Positions 1 through 7,369 of a stretch of DNA of 64,000 nucleotides are shown in pieces. The notes under the pieces were generated by a model, which was given only the letters and a program-made list of their open reading frames with translations, did no database searches and was not told where the DNA came from. A program made the translations under genes and the position numbers. How positions within the stretch are numbered: position 1 is the first letter of the stretch; each line of letters begins with the position of its first letter. The stretch comes from Candidatus Poseidoniia archaeon (GTDB taxonomy: Archaea > Thermoplasmatota > Poseidoniia > MGIII > CG-Epi1): positions 78,594 through 142,593 of the forward strand of contig JASMLC010000003.1 of the NCBI GenBank assembly GCA_030748895.1, read 5' to 3'.

Positions 1-1186
1 CGAGCAGCGACTCCGCCAGCTTGAAGCGCGCGCGCGCCGACTCGGGATGCGCGACCAGCGCGTTGGTGTACTGCCGCTCCGCCTCGCCCGTCATCCCGGC
101 GTTGACCAGGATTTTGCCTTTCTCCATCCAGTCCAGGTCACGCATGCGGTTGCGCGCCTGATTGTCCATCGCGCGCACCGCCTCGTCGTAGCACTGCAGC
201 GCGTGCCGGCTGTCGCCGCGCGCGCGGCTGCTGTCGCCCAGCGCGACCCAGCAGAGAACGTGCTGGCCGTCGGCCGCCAGACCAAGGTTCAGGATGCGGC
301 GCGCCTCGTCGGGGCGGCCGAGCGCCAGCAGGCAGCGCGCCAGCGCCTCGTGGTAATCGGAGTCTCCGTCCTCGAGCTCGAGCGCAGTCTCCAGGAACTC
401 GAGCCCCTCCTCGGGACGGCCGAGCCGCGCCAGCGCACGGCCCTTAGCCATCCAGGCGTAGTGGAATGTGGGATTCATTTCGAGCGCCTGCTCGTGGTAC
501 TCGATGGCCTCCTCGTAGCGGTCCAGGTGGTCCAGCGCGTTGCCGATGTTGTTGATGGCGATGACGTATTCCGGGTCGATATCGAGCGACTTCTGGTAGA
601 ACTCGATGGATAGCTCGTATTCGCCCTGGTTATACTGCACGTTGGCCAGGTTGTTCCACGCAATCTTGTCGCGCGGGTCCAGTTCGACTGCGCGCTGGTA
701 GTAATCCTTGGCATCCGCCAGCCGCCCCGAGAGCTGTAGCGTGTAGCCGTAGTTATACCACGCCACCGCGTAAGTCGGGTCGGCACGCATTGACTCGTCG
801 TAGCAGCGCAGCGCTTCGTTCCAGCGGTCGAGCATGAAGTTGGCGAAGCCGCGGTTGTTCCACGCTGGCGCGTTGCGCGGCTCCAGCTCCAGCGCTCGCG
901 CGTACGACTCGACCGCCTGCGCGTAGCGCTCCATCCGTTGCAGCGCGTCGCCGCGGCGTACGTGGTAGCGCGCGATATCGGGCGCCAGCTCGCACGCCTG
1001 CTGGAAGGCGTGCAGCGCCCGGGCGGGGTTGCGACGCGCCATCTCGGCCATGCCGATGCTGTTGTGGAGCGAAGGGTCCTCCGGCGCCAGGTCCACCGCC
1101 CTGCGGAAGCAACTAATCGCCTTGCGGAGCTTCCTTTCGCGGACCAGTGCCTCGCCCTGTTCCACCAGTTCGTTGACGTCGGGCAT
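1..1186 (-). CDS. TPR repeat protein. N-terminus at 1186; the C-terminus runs off the window start.
   Basis: Minus-strand translation from the ATG at 1186 gives MPDVNELVEQGEAL... followed by continuous TPR repeats (AWYNYG, AWNNLA, YNQGEYELSIEFYQKSLDIDP...) with no stop down to position 1. The ATG overlaps the TAA of the upstream TPR gene as TAATG. The track does not list this ORF because no stop lies in the window. Confidence 0.7.
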   Translation of the reverse strand, partial: MPDVNELVEQGEALVRERKLRKAISCFRRAVDLAPEDPSLHNSIGMAEMARRNPARALHAFQQACELAPDIARYHVRRGDALQRMERYAQAVESYARALELEPRNAPAWNNRGFANFMLDRWNEALRCYDESMRADPTYAVAWYNYGYTLQLSGRLADAKDYYQRAVELDPRDKIAWNNLANVQYNQGEYELSIEFYQKSLDIDPEYVIAINNIGNALDHLDRYEEAIEYHEQALEMNPTFHYAWMAKGRALARLGRPEEGLEFLETALELEDGDSDYHEALARCLLALGRPDEARRILNLGLAADGQHVLCWVALGDSSRARGDSRHALQCYDEAVRAMDNQARNRMRDLDWMEKGKILVNAGMTGEAERQYTNALVAHPESARARFKLAESLL

Positions 1187-2310
1187 TAACGTTCCAGGAT
1201 TAGCTCGATGCGCGCTATCGCCTTATGGGTATCCTTCATCAGCCGCTCCCACTCAGAGCCGTCGTGGTGTTCGTGGCCCGACTCGTGTGCCAGCGTGTTC
1301 TGGTAGCATTCGAGCGCCTCGCGGGGACGGTCGAGCAGCTCGAGCGCGTAGCCCTTGTTGTGCCACGCCCAGGCGTAATCCGCCTTCAGCTCGATGGCGC
1401 GCTCGTAGCACGGAATGGTCTCCTCGATACGGTTGAGCTGTCGCAGCGTCACGCCGCGGTTGTTCCACGCCGAGCGGTTTTTGGGGTTGAGCTCGGTCGC
1501 GCGGGTGAACGCCTGCAACGCCTCCTTCAGGTTCCCGACGCGGAATAGTCCCTTGCCGAGGTTGAACCAGCAGGTGGCGTAGCGCGGGTTGGCCGCCAAG
1601 GCCCGTCGGTAGCTCTCGATGGCGCGATGGTTGTAGCCGAGCCGCGAGAGCGCGACGCCGCGGTCGTTGTAGACCACCTCATCCTCGGCTTCGAGGCTCT
1701 GCTGCAGCGCCTCTGCCGCGGCGCCCGGCTCGTCGAGCTGGTCGTGCGCCAGCCCCTTCGCCTCGAGCGCCGCCGTATCGCGCGGACGCCGGGCGAGGAT
1801 AGCGTCAAAATCCTGCAAAGCGTCGTTGTAGCGCCCCAGCGCGTGGAGCAGCTTGCCGCGGCGGTAGAGCAGCTCGCGGTCCGGTTTCCCGCGCCCGTCG
1901 GCAGCGTTGAGCGTCGCCAACGCCGCCTCGCCGTCACCGAGCGCCTGTTGGGCACGCGCCTTCAGCACGTGCGCCGCAATGTAGCGCGGCCGGATTTCGA
2001 GCGACCGCCCGGCGCAAGCCAATGCTTCTTCAGGGTCGCCGAGCAGAAGCTGCGCCAGCGCGCGGTCCTTCCACATGATTTCCGAGTGCGAGACGCCGTC
2101 GTGAATCTGCTCCAGCTCTTCCAGCGCCGCCTCTGGCCGGCCGGCCGCGAGGTGCACTTTGCCGAGGTCGTGTCGTAGCCGCTTGCTCTCCGGCTTGGCG
2201 GCCAGCGCCTTCTCGAGCGTGCGGCGGGCACGGCGGTAGTGGCCCAGCTTGAGCTCGGCCAGCCCTTCCGCGCGCAGCTCGTCGGCGTGGTTGCTGTCGT
2301 CGATAGGCAC
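1186..2310 (-). CDS. TPR repeat protein
   Basis: ORF 1186..2559(-) carries many TPR units (AWFNLG, AWNNRG, AWHNKGYALELLDRPREALECYQ). The N-terminal ~80 aa of the track ORF are low-complexity and run past the divergent TATA box. A GTG at 2310 with a TATA about 25 nt upstream is the likely leaderless start. Confidence 0.75.
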   Translation of the reverse strand: MPIDDSNHADELRAEGLAELKLGHYRRARRTLEKALAAKPESKRLRHDLGKVHLAAGRPEAALEELEQIHDGVSHSEIMWKDRALAQLLLGDPEEALACAGRSLEIRPRYIAAHVLKARAQQALGDGEAALATLNAADGRGKPDRELLYRRGKLLHALGRYNDALQDFDAILARRPRDTAALEAKGLAHDQLDEPGAAAEALQQSLEAEDEVVYNDRGVALSRLGYNHRAIESYRRALAANPRYATCWFNLGKGLFRVGNLKEALQAFTRATELNPKNRSAWNNRGVTLRQLNRIEETIPCYERAIELKADYAWAWHNKGYALELLDRPREALECYQNTLAHESGHEHHDGSEWERLMKDTHKAIARIELILER

Positions 2311-2330
2311 GGCCCGCCAGCGGGGGGCAG

Positions 2331-2366
2331 TTAAAATCCGCTGCGCCGAACAGCGCTTTATAATCC
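2331..2366. promoter_or_regulatory. Divergent archaeal TATA boxes serving the TPR gene (-) and hutH (+), both apparently leaderless
   Basis: AT-rich ttaaaatcc and ctttataatcc islands in a ~70% GC background, each about 22-27 nt upstream of the GTG starts at 2310(-) and 2384(+). Confidence 0.4.
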
Positions 2367-2383
2367 GGGCGAGGTGGCCGCGC

Positions 2384-3904
2384 GTGAAAGTCGAGCTTGA
2401 CGGCAGTTCGCTCACGATTGGGCTACTTGCGGGAGTCGCGTGCGACGAGGCGAGCGTTGCGCTGGCGCCCGCGGCCCGGAAGCGCATCGCTGCCAGCCGC
2501 GCCATGCTGGAAGAGAAAATCGCCGCGCATGAAATCATGTACGGCATTACCACCGGCATCGGCGAGTTCTCCGAACATACGCTTTCCCCCAGGGAGTTGC
2601 GCGACTTCCAGCGCTTCCTGGTCTACTCGCACGCCGCCGGTATCGGCGAGCCGCTGCCGGCGGCGGTCGTGCGCGGCGCGATGTGCGGCCGCGCCAACGT
2701 CCACTGCCACGGCCATTCCGGGGGGCGCCCGGCGGTGACCGACGCGCTGGTCGGTGCGCTCAACGCGGGGGTGACGCCGGTCGCGTGCGAGAAAGGCTCG
2801 GTCGGCGCGTGCGGCGACCTGGCGCCGATGTCGCAGGTGGCGCTCTGCCTGATGGGCGAGGGAGAGGCGTTCTACCGCGGAGAGCGGATGGACGCCGCGG
2901 CAGCGCTGGCGAAGGCGGGGCTCGAGCCGCTGGCGCTCGAGGCACGCGACGGACTGGCGCTGATTAACGGCTCCAACGTGCTGACTGCGTGGGCGGCGCT
3001 GCTGCTCCACGATGCGCAGCACTGGTTCAGGCTGCACGACATCGCCGCAGCAATGACTCTCGAGGCGTTGCTCGCTAACCAGAAGCCGTACGACGCGCGG
3101 CTGCACGAACTGCGCGGCTTCCGCGGCGCACAGGAAGTGGCGGCCAACTTGCGCAAGCTAATGGCAGACAGCCCCATCCTGGCGGCGCACGGCGAGAAGG
3201 TACAGGACGCCTACTCGATGCGCTCGACACCGCAGGTAGCGGGCGCACTGCGCGACGCAGTGCGCCACGCCGTCGGCGAAGTGGAGACCGAATTGAACGG
3301 CGTCGGCGACAATCCCATATTCCTTACCGAGGAGAAGGAGGTGCTCACCGGCGCCAACTTCCAGGGCACGCCGGTCGCGCTGCCGCTGGAGATGGTCGCG
3401 ACCGGGCTCAGCATGATTGCCGTACTGAGCGAGCGGCGCCTGAACCGGCTCACCAACCCGGCGCTCTCGGCGGGGCTGCCGCCCTTCCTGGCCGAGAAGC
3501 CGGGGCTCCACTCGGGGATGATGCTGGCGCAGTACACCGCCGACGCGCTGATTGCCGAGGCGCGCATCCTGTCGCACCCCGCCGTCAACCAGTCCATCCC
3601 CGCTGCCGCCGACCAGGAGGACTTCGTCTCGATGGGGCTGACGACTATGCAGAAGACGCAGCAGATTCTGGATAACTGCTTCGGCGTGCTCGCCATCGAG
3701 ATGATGGCCGCCGCGCAGGCGCTCGACCTGCGTGGCGACGAGCCGGCGGCCGGCACCGCTGCCGCACGCGGCGTAATCCGCGAGCACGTATCGCATCTGG
3801 ACGAGGACCGGCCGCTCTACCGCGACCACAACCGGCTGGTGCCGCTGCTGCGCTCGCCCGATATCACCAGCGCGGTCGAGGCGGCCGTCGGTAAACTGGC
3901 CTAG
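2384..3904 (+). CDS. hutH: Histidine ammonia-lyase, MIO-dependent aromatic amino acid lyase family
   Basis: Full-length match to the HAL/PAL family: GITTGIGEF, GSVGACGDLAPMS (the MIO loop), NGSNVLTAWAAL, QDAYSMRSTPQVAG, NFQGTPVALPLE. In frame with track ORF 2249..3904. Start placed at the GTG at 2384, behind the TATA at 2357. Confidence 0.85.
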   Translation: MKVELDGSSLTIGLLAGVACDEASVALAPAARKRIAASRAMLEEKIAAHEIMYGITTGIGEFSEHTLSPRELRDFQRFLVYSHAAGIGEPLPAAVVRGAMCGRANVHCHGHSGGRPAVTDALVGALNAGVTPVACEKGSVGACGDLAPMSQVALCLMGEGEAFYRGERMDAAAALAKAGLEPLALEARDGLALINGSNVLTAWAALLLHDAQHWFRLHDIAAAMTLEALLANQKPYDARLHELRGFRGAQEVAANLRKLMADSPILAAHGEKVQDAYSMRSTPQVAGALRDAVRHAVGEVETELNGVGDNPIFLTEEKEVLTGANFQGTPVALPLEMVATGLSMIAVLSERRLNRLTNPALSAGLPPFLAEKPGLHSGMMLAQYTADALIAEARILSHPAVNQSIPAAADQEDFVSMGLTTMQKTQQILDNCFGVLAIEMMAAAQALDLRGDEPAAGTAAARGVIREHVSHLDEDRPLYRDHNRLVPLLRSPDITSAVEAAVGKLA

Positions 3905-5247
3905 AGCGCGGCGCGAACGCGCGAGAGCAGCTCCGCAATCTCGTCGGCCGCAATCACCAGCGGCAGCCGGAAGCGAATTGAGCTGGAGCCCGATTTGAGC
4001 GCCATCACCTTCTGCGCCGCCAGCGCCGCCATCAGCGCGTCGCGCTCCGCTGCCGAAGGCAGCGTGAAGGCGATGAGGCTGCCGACGCCGCGCACGTTGC
4101 TGAAGCCGCCAGTCTCGCGCGCGAGAGCACGCAGCCCTGCCAGCAGTTCGGCGCCCCGCACGGCGGCGTTCTCACCGAGGCTTTCGGCTTCGATGATGTC
4201 GAGGAAACGGTGGCAGCGCACCATGTCCATCAAGTTGCCACCGAAGGTCGAGTTGATACGGCCCGACATCTGGAAGACGTTGTCAGCGACCTCGTCGATG
4301 CGCTCGGAGCAGTAGATACCGCAAACCTGCGTCTTCTTGCCGAAGGCGACGATATCCGGGGCAACACCGTGGTGCTGCCAGAACCACGGCTTGCCCGAGC
4401 CCCAGAAGCCGGTCTGCACCTCGTCGTAAATCAGCAGCGCCTCGCGGGAGTCGGCGTAGCCCCGCAACGCCTCGAAGAACTCGGGGCGAAAGTGGTTGTC
4501 GCCGCCCTCGCCCTGTAGTGGCTCGAGGATTATGGCGGCAATGCGGTCGTCGTGCTGCGCGAAAGCGGCCTCGATTTCAGCGCAGGCGCGCGCCTCCTCG
4601 GCGGCGATGTCGTTCGCAATTCCGCCGTCAGGGCCGAACTCGATGGTCGGGTTGTGGACCCGCGGCCAGTCGAACTTGGGGAAGAGGCCAATCTTGTCGG
4701 GCACGGTGTTGGTGAGCGAGAGGGTGTAGCCGCTGCGGCCGTGGAACGCGTCGCGCAGGTGCAGTATTACGAGGTCGTTTACGTCCGCCTCGAGGTCGGT
4801 GCGCCCCAGCTTGCGCGCCTTCCAGTCGAACGCTACCTTCAGCGCGTTCTCGACTGCCAGCGCGCCGCCAGCAACCCAGAAGTGGTACGGAAAGCCCGGG
4901 GGAGTGGCGCGGGTTGCGAACGCCTCGACGAAGCCGGCCATTTCCCGGGTGTAGATGTCGGAGTTGGCCGGGTTGGCGGTGCCGACCGCGCGCACTTTCG
5001 CGAGGAATTCCGGCGCCTGTAGCATCGGGTGGTTGTACCCGACCGGCCATGAGGCGAAGCAGGTGAAGCAGTCCAGGAACTCCGACTCGGTGCGGGCGTC
5101 GTAGAGCCAGGCACCGTGCGAGCGCTCCAGGTCAAGCACGACGTCGTAGCCGTCAACCAGCTGGTACCGCCGCAGCACTTCGTGGACGTCGGTCGCCGCG
5201 ATACCGTGCGCAACTGTCGTGGCTGCTCCAGATGAGGACGCTTCCAT
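3901..5247 (-). CDS. lat: L-lysine 6-aminotransferase (lysine epsilon-aminotransferase), class III PLP aminotransferase
   Basis: Colinear similarity to M. tuberculosis LAT: VHEVL..LVDG.D.VLDL.RS.G.YL.DA, FHGRSGYTLSLTNT, FPKFDWPR, EPIQGEGGDNHFRPEFF, DEVQTG, VAFGKKTQVCG, NVF...R.NSTWGGNL. ATG at 5247 is 32 codons inside the track ORF. Confidence 0.85.
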   Translation of the reverse strand: MEASSSGAATTVAHGIAATDVHEVLRRYQLVDGYDVVLDLERSHGAWLYDARTESEFLDCFTCFASWPVGYNHPMLQAPEFLAKVRAVGTANPANSDIYTREMAGFVEAFATRATPPGFPYHFWVAGGALAVENALKVAFDWKARKLGRTDLEADVNDLVILHLRDAFHGRSGYTLSLTNTVPDKIGLFPKFDWPRVHNPTIEFGPDGGIANDIAAEEARACAEIEAAFAQHDDRIAAIILEPLQGEGGDNHFRPEFFEALRGYADSREALLIYDEVQTGFWGSGKPWFWQHHGVAPDIVAFGKKTQVCGIYCSERIDEVADNVFQMSGRINSTFGGNLMDMVRCHRFLDIIEAESLGENAAVRGAELLAGLRALARETGGFSNVRGVGSLIAFTLPSAAERDALMAALAAQKVMALKSGSSSIRFRLPLVIAADEIAELLSRVRAAL

Positions 5248-5278
5248 TGGGACCGGCCCGGCGGAGGCCTGATACGGT

Positions 5279-5680
5279 TTAAGCCTGACGGCTGCGCAGC
5301 TTGCGCGCCAGCGCCGGCAGCTCCTCGACGCAGCTGATATCACCGCGCGAAATCAGCGCCAGCTCGCGCCGCAGTTCCAGGTCGGGCCGCAAGTCGCTGG
5401 CGCGGCCGAGGTCGGCGAGCTTGCGCGCCAGCCGGCCGCCGGTGCGGTCCCAGTCGGTCAGGATAGCGAAGCGGCCGCGCGACCCCAGTTGCGTAACCAG
5501 CGCCTCGACAGTCTGTAGCACCGAGTTGCCGCTGTTGAGCGAAACCAGTTGCAATTCGCAGAACTGGGCCAGCGCGGCGATGTCGCGCTGGCCCTCGATG
5601 ATTACCGGTCCCGGGAACTCCACGATTTTTTCGAACCACTGCTCCAGCGCGGCGAGCCGCGCCTCCCGGTCGTGCATCAT
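5279..5680 (-). CDS. Small Toprim-domain protein (archaeal UPF0292-like)
   Basis: VIIEGQRDIAAL...AILTDWDRTGGRLARKL fits the Toprim E...DxD signature. 133 aa. Confidence 0.55.
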   Translation of the reverse strand: MMHDREARLAALEQWFEKIVEFPGPVIIEGQRDIAALAQFCELQLVSLNSGNSVLQTVEALVTQLGSRGRFAILTDWDRTGGRLARKLADLGRASDLRPDLELRRELALISRGDISCVEELPALARKLRSRQA

Positions 5681-5682
5681 CG

Positions 5683-5982
5683 CTATCGTGCCTCCAGCCG
5701 TGCCAGCAGCGCGTCACGCTCGAGCGGGATGGCAACCTGCTTCGAGCGCGAGCGGTGACCGCGCAGCAGTTCGGCGCTGCCGGGCTCCAGCTCCAGTTCG
5801 TGCTCCAGCAGCGCCAGCAGCGCCACGTTGGCGCGCCCGCTGTGGGCGGGCGCGCTGACCGCGACGGTGAATGCCCCGCGCCACTCGTCGAATTCCCCGA
5901 GGGCGTCGCGGCTGGCGCCGGGGACCACGCGCAGCGTGAGCAGCGTCCCACCCTCAATCGCCTGGAGCGCAGCCCCGGCCAT
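5683..5982 (-). CDS. DUF167 (YggU-like) protein
   Basis: LRVVPGASRDALGEFDEWRGAFTVAVSAPAHSGRANVALLALL..ELLRGHRSRSKQVAI has the family pattern (RV.PGA.R.....GAL.V.V.APP..GKAN.AL..FLA). Confidence 0.55.
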   Translation of the reverse strand: MAGAALQAIEGGTLLTLRVVPGASRDALGEFDEWRGAFTVAVSAPAHSGRANVALLALLEHELELEPGSAELLRGHRSRSKQVAIPLERDALLARLEAR

Positions 5983-6030
5983 TGGTCCTGAATGGGCCGC
6001 GCCTATTTAGCCGGGCAGGAATGGGCTGCG

Positions 6031-6744
6031 GTGATTCAGGTCCGGGGCCTTACGCGCTATTATGGAAAATTGTGTGCGGTGCGCGACGTCAGCTTCGAGG
6101 TCCACCGCGGTGAAGTCTTCGGGCTGCTCGGGAGCAATGGCGCCGGGAAGTCGACCACCATCAAGATGCTCTGCGGGCTGCTCAAGCCGACCCGCGGCAG
6201 CGTCAGCATCGCGGGGGTGGACATGGCACGCAAACCGCTGCAGGCCAAGGCGATGCTGGGGTACCTCCCCGAAAATCCGGTGCTCTACGACCGACTGACC
6301 GGGATGGAAATGCTCGAACTGGTGGGGGCGCTGCGCAAGCTCTCGCCCAAGCTACTGGCGCAGCGTGCGAAATACTACGGCGAGGCGCTGGGGCTGGGCG
6401 GCCAGATGCAGTCCGAGGTCGGCACCTACTCCAAGGGGATGCGGCAGAAGCTGGCGATTGCGATGACGCTGGTGCACGACCCCGAGGCGGTGCTGCTCGA
6501 CGAGCCGGCCGCCGGGCTCGACCCGCGCTACACGCGGCTGCTGAAGGAGTGGGTGCGCAACCTCTCGCAGGGCGGCCATACGGTGCTGCTCTCGACCCAC
6601 ATTACCGAGATGGCGGCGTCGCTCTGCGACCGCATCGCGGTCATCGACCATGGGCGGCTGCTCTCGGTCGGGACGGTGCCAGAGCTGCTAAGCTCGACCT
6701 CCAGCGCCACGCTCGAGGATGCTTTCATCCGGCTGGTGGGCTAG
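6031..6744 (+). CDS. ABC transporter ATP-binding protein. No permease gene is adjacent.
   Basis: Walker A GSNGAGKST, Q-loop, signature YSKGMRQKLAIA, Walker B LLDEPAAGLD, H-loop. An in-frame GTG at 6031 lies about 25 nt after the TATA cctatttag (6002-6010). Track start is 5992. Confidence 0.8.
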   Translation: MIQVRGLTRYYGKLCAVRDVSFEVHRGEVFGLLGSNGAGKSTTIKMLCGLLKPTRGSVSIAGVDMARKPLQAKAMLGYLPENPVLYDRLTGMEMLELVGALRKLSPKLLAQRAKYYGEALGLGGQMQSEVGTYSKGMRQKLAIAMTLVHDPEAVLLDEPAAGLDPRYTRLLKEWVRNLSQGGHTVLLSTHITEMAASLCDRIAVIDHGRLLSVGTVPELLSSTSSATLEDAFIRLVG

Positions 6745-7229
6745 AACTCCAGCGCCGGGTATTCCCGCGCAGCTACGCGCAGGATACGCTGCGCCCACGC
6801 CAGCTTGCGTCGCTTGAGCCGCCCCCGGCTGCGCCCCGAGTAGGGGCCGACGGTGTCGAAGCTGAAGCCCGCCAGCCGCACGCGGCGCGCGCCGAGGGCG
6901 AGCGCCGCCAGCGCGGCGCGGTCACCATCGGTGAAACCACCCCAGCACGCGACGCCCGGGGCAGGGCGCACCGCGGTCAGCGCCGCCGGACGCAGCCGCG
7001 GCAGCCATTCACCCAGCGCGGCGAGGTTGTCGCCGTGGCCGTGGACCACCAGCGCCGCGCCGCCAGCGACGGCCCAGCGCAGGTCGTCGCGGTAGCCGTC
7101 GAGGTCGCTCACCACCAGCGCCGGCACGCGGTCGCGCTCGCGGCAGGCGCGCACTGCGCCATCGGCGGCGACCAGCGCGCCGCGCGGAAGCGCCTCGCCC
7201 GGGCGCAGCCCCGCGCCCACGACGACCAC
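6741..7229 (-). CDS. mptE: MptE-like 6-hydroxymethyl-7,8-dihydropterin pyrophosphokinase (DUF115). The N-terminus probably extends to about 7373.
   Basis: VVVVGAG...VVSDLDGYRDDL...VVHGHGDNLAAL...LAGFSFD match DUF115/MptE. The same frame upstream reads LNLEWWWPLQARLEREFGHDPRRETVALRLLQRL, an MptE-like N-terminus with no stop but also no ATG, GTG or TTG. Confidence 0.6.
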   Translation of the reverse strand: MVVVGAGLRPGEALPRGALVAADGAVRACRERDRVPALVVSDLDGYRDDLRWAVAGGAALVVHGHGDNLAALGEWLPRLRPAALTAVRPAPGVACWGGFTDGDRAALAALALGARRVRLAGFSFDTVGPYSGRSRGRLKRRKLAWAQRILRVAAREYPALEF

Positions 7230-7369
7230 GCTGCGGCCCCCGAATCGCGGCAGCTCGCCTGACGGGCGTCCCAGCCGCTGCAGCAGCCGCAGCGCTACCG
7301 TTTCGCGTCGCGGGTCGTGACCGAACTCACGTTCAAGGCGCGCCTGCAGCGGCCACCACCACTCCAGGT

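Noticed and set aside
47-613. 188-aa plus-strand ORF, with companions at 91..285(-), 475..786(-), 753..1112(-), 938..1189(+) and 1029..1436(+)
   Set aside because: All lie antisense or out of frame to the continuous minus-strand TPR coding frame. Their products are low-complexity R/A/G/P-rich, as expected for chance ORFs in about 70% GC DNA.
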